NCBI GenBank assembly: GCA_963835065.1
Contig: CAWIEK010000056.1
Span: 1-64,000, forward strand
Length of the DNA stretch: 64,000 nt
Direction: 5' to 3'
DNA from: an uncultured Chthonomonadaceae bacterium
GTDB lineage: Bacteria > Armatimonadota > Chthonomonadetes > Chthonomonadales > Chthonomonadaceae
Shown here: positions 23,356 through 32,805 of the stretch, one piece after another
How positions within the stretch are numbered: the first letter of the stretch is position 1
How the letters are laid out: each line of letters opens with the position of its first letter
Program-made: the position numbers and the translations under genes
Notes under the pieces: generated by a model
Databases searched by the model: none
What the model was told of the DNA's origin: nothing
The model's input: the letters and a program-made list of their open reading frames with translations, nothing else

Positions 23356-24225
23356 TCATTTGCCTTGCATGACTTGATAATCGTAGGTCAGGAACAGATC
23401 GTCTTTGGCCGTTGGTCGCCAGTTGGTACGGACGAAATGCAGCGTTTTGCCATGTATTTGCGGTGTGCAGGGACCTTGCCATACAATGGTTTTCGTATCT
23501 ATGGATTTCACCCGCAAATCGTGAGAATCGGTCCTGGCAACCTTGTCCACTGCCAGCACTCGCGAAGACTGCGGCATCCGGTCTGCCCGAAAGGTGACGT
23601 TCACTTCGGAACGGCCTATGCTGTCGTGCCACGAGGAACCGGTATGCAGAATGTAGGCCACCTGCGCCGCATAACCATTCTTTCCGCCCTCCAGCGTGAA
23701 TACGCCGACCCCACTTCCCTGCGTGTAAACGTCGCGGATGCGCCGAACGCTATGCGCGGGAAACCGTACCAGCTTGGTATGCCAGTAGTGTCCCTCCTCG
23801 TTGGCGCGAATCAGCTTCGTTGCCACCCGCTTGCCGTCCACATACGAGCGGAAGGACATAAACGTTGTGTGCGGCGGCGTGTTCAGAACTTCTTTGGGAT
23901 CTGCTTCTTCATCGGGATCGTTTACGCCCTCCCCCTCATCGGGAAAGCCCATGCGGACGGTGCAGGCAGGCCCCGAATTCGTGAACACAAATTGGCAGTC
24001 CACCTTATACCACCTGTCCTTGTACACTACGATGTTGATGACTTCGCTGGTCATGGTCACAGAGGGATGCCGGGACAACAAACGCGGCGACCCGCCCATC
24101 GAAAGGCCGCCGTCGTTGGCAAAGGCTTGCATAGGAACGCCATACAGCGCGCCCAACGACACAAGGCTAATAAACAGAGCGCGAAACGAAAACAATTCAC
24201 GTACGCTCAAACGGTTGGAGAACAT
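23356..24225 (-). CDS. DUF4424-like exported protein
   Basis: ANDG..., VDCQFVFTN, MGFP, YILHTGSSW..IG pattern; RBS GGAGG. Confidence 0.65.
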   Translation of the reverse strand: MFSNRLSVRELFSFRALFISLVSLGALYGVPMQAFANDGGLSMGGSPRLLSRHPSVTMTSEVINIVVYKDRWYKVDCQFVFTNSGPACTVRMGFPDEGEGVNDPDEEADPKEVLNTPPHTTFMSFRSYVDGKRVATKLIRANEEGHYWHTKLVRFPAHSVRRIRDVYTQGSGVGVFTLEGGKNGYAAQVAYILHTGSSWHDSIGRSEVNVTFRADRMPQSSRVLAVDKVARTDSHDLRVKSIDTKTIVWQGPCTPQIHGKTLHFVRTNWRPTAKDDLFLTYDYQVMQGK

Positions 24226-24529
24226 GGAAAGCTTGCCTCCCGGCAATGGTAACGCCCGCTGCATCAGAATACGGCAGAAGCCGCGCCGCCGCTACAAGAT
24301 TTTTTAACCCGCTGCCTGTAAATTTTTCACAATTTTAATCCTTCAATTTCAGAACTGCTGTTGTTCCATCCTTCTGCGTGGAACAGGACTGACGGCCCGG
24401 CCTGGCTTGACACAGTGCGGCAATACCTTCTACAATTATTCTGTACCTCCTTTCTGCATCCCATCTGAAGGCCGTTGTTCTCCTGTGTTGGACGCGTTGG
24501 CAAACAGGAGACGAGGCGAGGGTAAATTC

Positions 24530-25438
24530 GTGAAGCGTGTTGTCAGTGTCAGCCTGGGGTCGTCGAAGCGCGACAAAAAAGTCCATGCCACTTTTTTTGG
24601 CGAAGAGTTTGAAATCGAGCGCGTTGGAGCGGACGGCGACGTAGAAAAATACAAGCGCATGATCGCCGAGCGCGACGGCAAAGTGGACGCTTTCGGCGTC
24701 GGCGGAACCGATTTATACGTATGGGTAGGAGATAAGCGCTATACCCTGCCGGAAAGCGTCGGCTGGTGGTCGGTTGTGCAGCATACGCCCTATGTGGACG
24801 GCAGCGGCCTGAAAAACACGCTGGAACGCGCCACCGTGACATATTTGCAGGAACACAATCTGGTGGATTTCAGCAGCAAGCGCGTCCTGATTGTCAGTTC
24901 GGTAGACCGCTTCGGCATGGCCGAAGCGCTGGCGAAGTATGCCAAGTCCATTGTCTTTGCCGACCTGATGTTTATACTGGGTATTCCCATTCCGATTCGC
25001 TCCCTTAGCCGGCTGCAAACGCTGGCGCGTCTGATTTTGCCCGTTGCGGTGCATATTCCGTTCAAAATGATGTACCCGACCGGCGAAAAGCAGGAGCAGA
25101 ATAAACCCAAGTTTACGAATTTCTTTGCCGAGGCGGACGTGATTGCGGGCGATTTTCATTACATCAAGCGCTACATGCCCGAAGACATGAAAGGCAAAAT
25201 CGTCCTGACCAACACCACGACGGAAGCCGATGTTGCCGAACTGAAACGCCGGGGCGTAGCCCAACTGATTACGACAACGCCCGTGATTGATGGACGCTCC
25301 TTCGGCACGAACGTCATGGAAGCCGTACTCGTAACAGTAATGGGAAAAAAGCCGTCCGAACTCACGCCCGACGATTATTTCGCCAAACTCAAAGAACTGA
25401 ACTGGACGCCGCAGGTGCAGCAACTGCAGGCTATTTGA
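24530..25438 (+). CDS. Conserved protein often annotated 'quinate 5-dehydrogenase' (function unproven)
   Basis: MKRVVSVSLGSSKRD, VDGSGLKNTLER, DRFGMA and GRSFGTNVMEA conserved blocks. Confidence 0.75.
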   Translation: MKRVVSVSLGSSKRDKKVHATFFGEEFEIERVGADGDVEKYKRMIAERDGKVDAFGVGGTDLYVWVGDKRYTLPESVGWWSVVQHTPYVDGSGLKNTLERATVTYLQEHNLVDFSSKRVLIVSSVDRFGMAEALAKYAKSIVFADLMFILGIPIPIRSLSRLQTLARLILPVAVHIPFKMMYPTGEKQEQNKPKFTNFFAEADVIAGDFHYIKRYMPEDMKGKIVLTNTTTEADVAELKRRGVAQLITTTPVIDGRSFGTNVMEAVLVTVMGKKPSELTPDDYFAKLKELNWTPQVQQLQAI

Positions 25439-25568
25439 ATACAATTTAACCACGGAGAACACGGGGAACACGGAGAGAAATACGAGGAGAAACAAACCGC
25501 GCAATTTGGTATTTCGCGGTTTATCCTCTACCGTCTTCCGTCTACCGTCTACCTCCTCTGGAGTTTCG

Positions 25569-26678
25569 ATGCAGCAATTCGCTTTTATTGTTCATCCCAT
25601 AGATGCGCGGCGGGACGTGGGGCGCAAGTACCCGATTGCCAGACATCTGCCGGAAAACTGGATCGAGTGGTACATCAAGCAGCGCGACCCGCTGATTGTG
25701 GCCGACGTGACGGGCATCCAATCGCCGACGGGCGCAGAAGCGCGGGGCTGGTATATCGCCTGCCCGCTCACGCCGCGCCAGATGCTGACCCTGCCGATTG
25801 AGTTTGTATGGGACAAGCTGGAAATGTGCGGCAAAATCGCGCAGGAAGCGGGCGCGGGCATTCTGGGACTCGGCGCGTTTACCAGTGTCGTCGGCGATGG
25901 CGGCATCACGCTGTCCAAACGCCTGCCCGGACTGGCGATTACAACGGGAAATTCGTATACGGTCGCCACCGCCATTGAGGGCGCGCGGACGGCGGGCGAG
26001 ATGATGGGGCATGTGCTGAACGAGAGCAATGTCGCGGTTGTCGGCGCGGCGGGTTCCATTGGCGCGACGTGCGCCGAGATTCTGGCGCGGGACGCGGCCA
26101 ATGTCGCGCTTATCGGACGCGACTTGTCCAAACTGGAAGGGGTTGCCGCCCGCTTGCGCCCCCGCAGCAAATCGCCCATCAGCCTGTTTACGGATGTGGC
26201 GACGGGATTACGAGACGCGGACATTATCATCACGGTGACAAGCGCGGTAGACGCGGTGATTTTGCCCGAACACATCAAGCCGGGCGCGGTAGTTTGCGAT
26301 GTGGCGCGTCCGCGTGACGTATCCGTGCGCGTAGCCCGCGAACGCGACGACGTACTGGTGATTGAGGGCGGCGTGGTGCAGATTCCGGGCGACGTGAAGA
26401 TGCAAAAGCGCGACAAGCCCGATCAGCCGTTCACGTTCGGCTTTCCGCCCAAAACCGCGTATGCCTGCATGTCCGAAACTATGATGCTCGCGCTGGACAA
26501 CCGCTACGAGAACTTCACATTGGGTAAGGAAGTGGGCGTCGAGCAGGTAGACGAGATCAACCGGCTGGCCGTCAAGCACGGCTTCAAACTGGCCGGCTTC
26601 CGCTCCTTCGAGAAAGCCGTAGATCAGGAGCGCATCGCCCTCGTCCGCCAGAACGCCTTAAAGAAAGAGCGTAAGTAG
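25569..26678 (+). CDS. Acyl-ACP reductase-like NAD(P)-dependent dehydrogenase (COG5322-like)
   Basis: FAFIVHP, LGLGAFTSVV, TTGNSYT, GAAGSIG Rossmann motif, DVARPRD, YACMSETM. Confidence 0.8.
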   Translation: MQQFAFIVHPIDARRDVGRKYPIARHLPENWIEWYIKQRDPLIVADVTGIQSPTGAEARGWYIACPLTPRQMLTLPIEFVWDKLEMCGKIAQEAGAGILGLGAFTSVVGDGGITLSKRLPGLAITTGNSYTVATAIEGARTAGEMMGHVLNESNVAVVGAAGSIGATCAEILARDAANVALIGRDLSKLEGVAARLRPRSKSPISLFTDVATGLRDADIIITVTSAVDAVILPEHIKPGAVVCDVARPRDVSVRVARERDDVLVIEGGVVQIPGDVKMQKRDKPDQPFTFGFPPKTAYACMSETMMLALDNRYENFTLGKEVGVEQVDEINRLAVKHGFKLAGFRSFEKAVDQERIALVRQNALKKERK

Positions 26679-26899
26679 CCTTCAACCCCTGGCCCGCATT
26701 CTCCCACAAAGCGTATAAAGATTAAATAAAAGAGCGCAGCAGAACTGCGCACCATTGGGGCAGGGGAATTGTTGGATAGGCTCCTCCCGACAATTACGTT
26801 GCTGTACAGTAGCATCAGCGCAGCCACTTCCTCGTATCCGGGCATGGCGGCAATGCGGGCAGCGTCCGCCATCGCCTTTTCTACAACCCTCTCCAACTC

Positions 26900-27444
26900 G
26901 GCCTCAATACTGCAGTTTCATGGCTTTGCACTGCTTTTTTGCTTGGACGCTGGCAGGCAATTGCGTCACAATCTTTTGTACTGCCACTTCGTCAGGACTC
27001 CCGTCCGCCAAAAGCGCTTTCGCAATCGCCTGAATTTGCGAGTTGATCTCAGGCGTATCTATCAACTACGCGCTTTCGGTTCATGAAATAGCTCATCACA
27101 AGCAATTCTGCGCCGGATGGCAATTCAAACGTTCCCGCAATTTGCCGCAACGCCAGCCGGTAATCTTCCTCAGAGCAGTGGACCTCCTGCTTGCTTATGC
27201 CGCTTGCATAGCAGCGATGTGCAACCCCGCCTGCCAGTGACAATAGAATGTTGCCAACAGGCTCCGGCCCAGCTCACAGGCCACCCAAACGGCAGCATAT
27301 ACCCGGAACGCTGCGCGCGGTTCACCACCACGCGGAGTACCGCAAAGCCAAAGTTCCACCCGATTACGTCATAGCCGCCTCGTGGAAGGCAACATGCTTC
27401 AGCGACCCTTGGTTTGGCGGAACTGCATTTTGTTCAGCGATCAT
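26900..27444 (-). pseudogene. Frameshifted standalone M41/FtsH-like metallopeptidase (3' end approximate)
   Basis: Manual translation: VAFHEAA then, after restoring one base, HDVIGW; LSLAGGVAH; SEEDY; IQAIAKALL. Pieces lie in different frames. Confidence 0.5.
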
Positions 27445-27561
27445 GGACGTTACTCCGTTCCTCCCAGGCTCGTTACCGTTTCAAATAAAAAGGGTATGTT
27501 GCTTTCCTACGGTTACAACAGGCCCATTCGCGTTCATTCGCGTTCATTCGCGGCTACTCTC

Positions 27562-28092
27562 TCATTGATCCAATTGCGCTTCGGCGGCTTCCAACCGTTC
27601 GTCCTCCGCTTGCAGTTCTTCCTGCAATGCCGCAGACGTTGCCGCAGTTTGTCCTGTTTCGCCTGTAGCGACTATTGGCGCTTGCGGATGGCCTGCGTTT
27701 CTTCTGCGGGCATAGGAGGCAATGCCGCCTTCTACCAGACGGGCGACGTTGTGATGCTCGTCGGCAAGGCTGTCGAAGTTGAAGGGACGGGGAGCGCCGT
27801 CACGACGGGCAACGGCTTCGGCGATCTCATGGCAGATGCGCTTTTGCAGGATGCCCATTCGGTTCGTATGCCGCACCACAACAGTAGTTCCCACTGTGAC
27901 CGCCGGCTCGGAAATATCGTCCGTAACAATGTGCAGCGTCAGGCCGTAACGCGCCGCCGCTTCCTGCCATTCCACGATGCTGACGGGCCAGTGTCCATAA
28001 TTGCGCGCGCAAATATCCTGCGCAATGATCGCCGCCTCCCGTTCCCGCCAGTTCTCCCAATCGCGCGCATCCCCCCAGCGTTCTTCTTCCAT
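27562..28092 (-). CDS. ImmA/IrrE-like metallopeptidase-fold protein with a HEIAE motif
   Basis: AAARYGLTL...ICHEIAEAV...DEHHNVA; directly downstream of an XRE gene; RBS AGGAG. Confidence 0.55.
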   Translation of the reverse strand: MEEERWGDARDWENWREREAAIIAQDICARNYGHWPVSIVEWQEAAARYGLTLHIVTDDISEPAVTVGTTVVVRHTNRMGILQKRICHEIAEAVARRDGAPRPFNFDSLADEHHNVARLVEGGIASYARRRNAGHPQAPIVATGETGQTAATSAALQEELQAEDERLEAAEAQLDQ

Positions 28093-28109
28093 GGTCTTGC
28101 TCCTGTGTT

Positions 28110-28219
28110 GAGGCATTAGGCATCAGGCATTAGACATTAGCAAGCAGGCACAAATACTGAGATGTGCCGCTTCTGCAAACTTTCTCTTCTAATGCCTAAT
28201 GCCTGATGCCTAATGCCTT
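28110..28219. repeat. Heptamer-armed palindromic element (AGGCATT)n...(AATGCCT)n
   Basis: Tandem 7-mers on the left and their reverse complements on the right; same arms at 62850-62950. Confidence 0.85.
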
Positions 28220-28222
28220 TCT

Positions 28223-28612
28223 CTACTCCGCCTTCTTCCCGTGCGTCGTCTCCCCCCGCTGATCTTCCAGCCACAAAGCGCGAATCAGTTCGTCCGCCGT
28301 TGCTTTGCGGGCGGGCGACAGGCCGTTATAATAGGAATTGATGAGCGGTCCCTCGGTCTCTTCATCCCCGTAAAAATAGGCTAACGGAACCGTTAAGGCG
28401 GCTGCCAGCGCGGGCAACTCCACAGCGCTAATGCTGCGCTCGCCCCGTTCCCAGTTGGAAATGGTGACGCGGCTGACGCCCGTTCGCTCGGCCAGGGCTT
28501 CCTGACTGAGACGCAGATACTCGCGGCGGGCTTTGATACGCCGGCCTATCTCTTTTTGCGGCTGTTCCGCTTCCTGGGGAGAATGTTCTGCCTCTTGTGA
28601 GGATTGTTCCAT
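28223..28612 (-). CDS. XRE-family HTH transcriptional regulator
   Basis: IGRRIKARREYLRLSQEALAERTGVSRVTISNWERGER. Confidence 0.92.
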   Translation of the reverse strand: MEQSSQEAEHSPQEAEQPQKEIGRRIKARREYLRLSQEALAERTGVSRVTISNWERGERSISAVELPALAAALTVPLAYFYGDEETEGPLINSYYNGLSPARKATADELIRALWLEDQRGETTHGKKAE

Positions 28613-28642
28613 TACGTTACCGTCCTGATTCAGATTTGGAAC

Positions 28643-28671
28643 ATTATAAAAGAAATTTCGCCGAAAAGCAA
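28643..28671 (-). promoter_or_regulatory. Sigma70-type promoter for the XRE gene
   Basis: TTGCTT-N17-TATAAT on the minus strand. Confidence 0.65.
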
Positions 28672-28681
28672 GCCGTTGCTC

Positions 28682-28710
28682 TTGACAGGATTGCGCCATT
28701 TTGGTACAAT
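28682..28710 (+). promoter_or_regulatory. Strong sigma70-type promoter for the sigma-like gene
   Basis: TTGACA-N17-TACAAT with a TGn extended -10. Confidence 0.75.
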
Positions 28711-28773
28711 GGCGTTGCGATTTGAAACAAATGTATACTTAAATCTGTCTACACTGTTGAAGGAGAATACGAC

Positions 28774-29472
28774 ATGCCCTGCCTTTCGGTTGCAGAATTT
28801 GATTTTCAGTTCGCGCGGCATCGTTCCGCTCTGGAAGCGTATGCGCGTCGGAGCGTGGGGCGCGAGGATGCCCAGGACCTGGTGAGCGGGTGTTATCTGC
28901 TGGCGCGGGAAGCGCTGGCAGTTTACCGCCCTGAACGCAGCCTGTTCGCCTGGCTTGTGGGCATTCTGGACAACCTGCTGCGTCGGCATTTCCGCCGGAT
29001 ACGTATCCGGCGGGAAAACCTGTACGGCATTGACACCTGCACCCTGGACGGCGTGGATACCGGCGCGGCCAAAACTACCAGGCAGGCAGCATGGCATTGG
29101 CGCTTGTGCGCCCGTCTTGCCGCCGTTGACCTGACCGCCCGCCAATACGAGTGCGTGATACTGGCCCTGCGCGGCCAAACACAGCAGCAAATCGGCAGAA
29201 GCATGGGCATCTCGCAGCGCATGGCCGGCTGTCACTTGCAAGCCGCAGCGGAGCGTTTGCGCGATTTTACGGATGACCTGGAAACGTGGGGCGCGGCTGC
29301 CTTCTTCGACGAGTGCGCCCAACGAACCATTTACCGCAAGCCGCACAGCTTCGACAACCAGAGCAACTCTGTGGAGCGCGAACAGCACCGCTATGCCTGT
29401 CTGCGCGAGGTGAGGAAAAAGGGAACAGGAGAAAGGAAAAAGGCGGTACAAGCCGCGAATGAACGCAAATGA
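28774..29472 (+). CDS. ECF-type sigma-70 family factor
   Basis: Region 2 DAQDLV...LFAWLVGILDN; region 4 LTARQYECV...TQQQIGRSMGIS; RBS AGGAG. Confidence 0.75.
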   Translation: MPCLSVAEFDFQFARHRSALEAYARRSVGREDAQDLVSGCYLLAREALAVYRPERSLFAWLVGILDNLLRRHFRRIRIRRENLYGIDTCTLDGVDTGAAKTTRQAAWHWRLCARLAAVDLTARQYECVILALRGQTQQQIGRSMGISQRMAGCHLQAAAERLRDFTDDLETWGAAAFFDECAQRTIYRKPHSFDNQSNSVEREQHRYACLREVRKKGTGERKKAVQAANERK

Positions 29473-29532
29473 ATGCGGAGGAGAAGGAACCGCGAAACGC
29501 GCGAACGAAACGAAAAGAGAAAAGAACAAAAG

Positions 29533-30084
29533 TCAGTTTTTCGCTTCGGACGCGAACCGCTTTCTGCCGTCTTCCACCAACGCCTTTGCCCGCTCGGAGT
29601 CTCCCCGATTTACAGGCTTGAACGTTTTGCCCGCCAATTGGTTGTAGGAAACGAAGAAATGCTCGATTTCCGTGACAATGTTGGCGGGCAGGTCGCTCAA
29701 CTCATGCGTATCGTGATACTCCTGCGAACAGGACGCGACGGCAATCAGACGGTCATTGCGCTCCGTTTTGCCGTCCCGCTCCGTTTGTTCTGCTTCAATC
29801 ACGCCAAGCAGCCGCGAAAGGACAAGATTGCCTTGAAAGAGCGGCGCGTCCAGCAGAATCAGCACATCCAGCGGATCGCCGTCTTCGCCCTGCGTGGACG
29901 GCAAAAAGCCGAAATCGTAAGGAAACACGCTGCCGACAGGCATCACTTTTTTCAGCACGAACGCGCCCTTGTCCGGCTCATAAGCAAACTTGCTGCGGCT
30001 GCCCTGCGGCGTTTCGATAATAAGTTGAACGTCTCCCGTTTCCACATCATAAGTTTCCAAATTCATCAAGGAAGTAGTCTTCAC
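29533..30084 (-). CDS. ppa: Inorganic pyrophosphatase
   Basis: IETPQGSRSKF, FPYDFGFLPST, DGDPLDVL, IEHFFVSYN. Confidence 0.92.
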   Translation of the reverse strand: MKTTSLMNLETYDVETGDVQLIIETPQGSRSKFAYEPDKGAFVLKKVMPVGSVFPYDFGFLPSTQGEDGDPLDVLILLDAPLFQGNLVLSRLLGVIEAEQTERDGKTERNDRLIAVASCSQEYHDTHELSDLPANIVTEIEHFFVSYNQLAGKTFKPVNRGDSERAKALVEDGRKRFASEAKN

Positions 30085-30130
30085 GGTAACATCTCCTTTA
30101 TTCTAATCACACTACCATTCAAACAACTTC

Positions 30131-30274
30131 GTAGGGACACAACATGTTGTGTCCACATGGGCAATGTTGTGTCCACATGGGCAATGTTGTGTCCACATGG
30201 GCAATGTTGTGTCCACATGGGCAATGTTGTGTCTACGAAACTGTTGTGCCTCTACGAAACTGTTGTGTTCCTAC
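30131..30274. repeat. GTAG-type REP palindrome with a 20-bp tandem expansion
   Basis: GTAG overlapping the perfect palindrome GGACACAACATGTTGTGTCC (30135-30154); four exact ATGTTGTGTCCACATGGGCA units, then degenerate units ending in CTAC. Confidence 0.85.
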
Positions 30275-30290
30275 AAACCTATAGGGGCAA

Positions 30291-30938
30291 TCAGGCATAC
30301 TTGACCATCAGGGCTTCAATCAGGCTGGCGACTTTTTCGCAACTGTTAATGGCTTTTTCGATGCGCTCGTACACTTCCTTCCACTTGATAAGCGCGCGGG
30401 CGTCCAGGCTGGCGTCGTCGAGCAGCAGGGAAAGCGCCTGCCAGAAGGTTTTGTCGGATTGCTTTTCCAGCGCGTGAATGCCCGCCATTACTGCCGATAG
30501 CCGCGACTTTTTGAAGCCGTGCCGCAGTTCTCCCACCAGCGTTTGCGTTTCCTGTGTAATGCCGACGAGAAGGGAAGCGAGAGAGGAAAGATCGGAACGG
30601 GGGGCGGGCAAATGGAACGCGCCGATGCGAATGGCTGCCGCTTCAATGGCATCCGTGATACCGTCCAGACGGTCGGAAAGAATGTGCAGGTCAGCCTTAT
30701 CGAGCGGCGTAATAAACTGGCTGTTCGCGCGGGCCACGAGCGTATGCGTCAGCGTATCCGCCTGATGCTCCAGTTCTTCCAGGCGTTTGAGGTAGCCGGG
30801 CATAGCGGCAAAATCGCTGACGAGGGACAGAAATACGGCGGCGGCCTCATGCGCCAGCGCCGCCTGCGCTTCCAGCAGGTCGAAGAAGACGGCATCTTGT
30901 TTGTGGGAGAACAGCATGGAGGGGTGAATTTCCTTCAC
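30291..30938 (-). CDS. DUF47 / PhoU-like phosphate transport regulator
   Basis: FFDLLE, LEHQAD, FITPLDKAD, LIKWKEVYERIE, VKYA terminus. Confidence 0.9.
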   Translation of the reverse strand: MKEIHPSMLFSHKQDAVFFDLLEAQAALAHEAAAVFLSLVSDFAAMPGYLKRLEELEHQADTLTHTLVARANSQFITPLDKADLHILSDRLDGITDAIEAAAIRIGAFHLPAPRSDLSSLASLLVGITQETQTLVGELRHGFKKSRLSAVMAGIHALEKQSDKTFWQALSLLLDDASLDARALIKWKEVYERIEKAINSCEKVASLIEALMVKYA

Positions 30939-31007
30939 GGCAAACAGCGTTCCCCCTATGATACCTTAACATTGGCTTAATAATCGGGATGGTTCTTAAC
31001 AATTGAG

Positions 31008-31110
31008 TCAGGTTTCAGGTTTCAGGTTTCAGGTGTCAGGAAAGAAACACTCGTATCTTGATTAGAGAAGCATTTCCCTGATACCTGACACCTGAAACCT
31101 GAAACCTGAC
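31008..31110. repeat. Heptamer-armed palindromic element (TCAGGTT)n...(AACCTGA)n
   Basis: Direct inspection; lies at the 3' end of the adaptor gene. Confidence 0.85.
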
Positions 31111-32805
31111 TCACGGCTTCGCATCCGCGCTTTGCGTGGGCTTGATAATTTCTACGGGGGATTTGTCCTGCAGCTGCGCCTGGCCGAGCGTGACCACTTG
31201 ATCGCCCGGTTTCAAGCCCGACGTGATTTCCACGTCTTTGAGGTTGGCGAAGCCAAGTTTCACCGTACACTCTTTAGCCACTTTGCCGTTCACCACGAAC
31301 ACGCGCCCGGTTGTGCCCTCGTTGTCAAGCACGGCGTCACGAGGCACGAGGACGGCGTGCTGGTGCGTGTTCAGCGTGATTTCGCCCCGCGCAAACATCT
31401 GCGGGCGCAGAATACTGCCCTCGTTGCGCAGGCCGATCCGCACCGTAAAGTTACGGGCGGCAGAGGAAGCGACGGGAAAGATTTTCTTCACCACGCCCTG
31501 AAACGTTCGATTCGGAAACGCGCTGACCGTGACCGTGACCGTTTTGCCCGGCGTCACGCTGGCATACAGGCTTTCAGGCAATTGCGCGTCGAAATAGATA
31601 GAGTCAAGCGCGACAATCCGCATCACGCTGATGCCCGCCCCCACCTGCTGGCCCGGTTCCACTTTGCGCTCGGCGACCACGCCATCCATCGGGGCGCGAA
31701 TGGCCGCGTCGGCCACGCCCTGCTGCGCCAGTCGTACCGCCGCTTCCGCCTGCTGTACGCCCGCCTGCGCCTGCTGTACGCCCGCTTCGGCTGTGGTAAT
31801 GTCGGCGCGGCGCATGGTGACCTGGCTGCGGTTGGACTGCGCGGTAATCAGGGATTGCCGGGACTGCTCCACAGTGGCCTGCGCCCGCGCCACATCCTCG
31901 CTGCGCGAACCTTCCTGAATCAAGCTCAAGTTTTCCTGCGCGGAACGGACGCGCGCATCGGCGGAAGCGACTTTGGCTTTGGCGGCATTGACGTGCGCCA
32001 ACCCGCTTTCGGCAACGGCGCGCGCCTGATCCAACTGCTGTGCGGGAATGGCGTTTTGCGAAAACAGAGATTGGTAGCGTTTCAAGTCGGATTGCGCGCG
32101 GTCATAATCGGCCTGCGCGCTGGCAAGGTCAGCCACGTTGCTTTCGCGGTCGGCCTGCGCCTGGGAAACCGCCTGCTGCGCCTGCTGCCGCTCCTGGGTA
32201 CGCGCCCCGGTTTTCACCACAGCGGCGGACTGCCGGGCGGCGTCCAAACCCGCTTTCGCTTGGTTGACCGCGCTGGCCGTCTGCTCATCCGTCAGTTTCA
32301 GGGTCGTTTTCGCGTTGAGCAGCGTGTCCCGCGCCTGCGCCAATCGGGTTTGGGCGGTGCGCAGGTTGGCGCGCTGCTGATCCAGCAGCGCGGACAAATC
32401 GGACACGTCCTGCTGCACGACCACTGCGCCCTGTCGAACCGTATCCCCTTCGCGGTAGTACACAAACGCGATTTTGCCGGCCAGTTTCGAGCCGACTGTG
32501 ACATCATTTTGCGCGCTCAATGCGCCCGTCACCTGTTGCGTTTGCGTGATTGCTCCCGTTCGGGCCGGCGTGACGCTGATTTGTGTAGCCGTTGGCGCGG
32601 CGGGTTTGCCTGCCGCGCCGCTCGCGTCGGTTTTTGCCGCATCACCGGCGGGCTTGCGGCATCCCGTCAATCCGACAGCGCCCACAAGCGCAAGCGCGGT
32701 CAGCAGCGCGGAAAGTTGGCGGGAACGAAACCGGCGCAATGCTCGGAACGAACGGGCTTGATGGGGGAAAAGCATAGTATGTAATTGCATAGTATGTAAT
32801 TTCAT
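31111..32805 (-). CDS. Efflux RND/HlyD periplasmic adaptor subunit (lipoprotein)
   Basis: LTGC lipobox, long alpha-hairpin, IRAPMDGVV, LRPQMFA, GLKPGDQVV. Confidence 0.9.
   Translation of the reverse strand: MKLHTMQLHTMLFPHQARSFRALRRFRSRQLSALLTALALVGAVGLTGCRKPAGDAAKTDASGAAGKPAAPTATQISVTPARTGAITQTQQVTGALSAQNDVTVGSKLAGKIAFVYYREGDTVRQGAVVVQQDVSDLSALLDQQRANLRTAQTRLAQARDTLLNAKTTLKLTDEQTASAVNQAKAGLDAARQSAAVVKTGARTQERQQAQQAVSQAQADRESNVADLASAQADYDRAQSDLKRYQSLFSQNAIPAQQLDQARAVAESGLAHVNAAKAKVASADARVRSAQENLSLIQEGSRSEDVARAQATVEQSRQSLITAQSNRSQVTMRRADITTAEAGVQQAQAGVQQAEAAVRLAQQGVADAAIRAPMDGVVAERKVEPGQQVGAGISVMRIVALDSIYFDAQLPESLYASVTPGKTVTVTVSAFPNRTFQGVVKKIFPVASSAARNFTVRIGLRNEGSILRPQMFARGEITLNTHQHAVLVPRDAVLDNEGTTGRVFVVNGKVAKECTVKLGFANLKDVEITSGLKPGDQVVTLGQAQLQDKSPVEIIKPTQSADAKP

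Noticed and set aside
30144..30274. CRISPR array
   Set aside because: Units are contiguous 20-mers with no unique spacers, and no cas genes are present.
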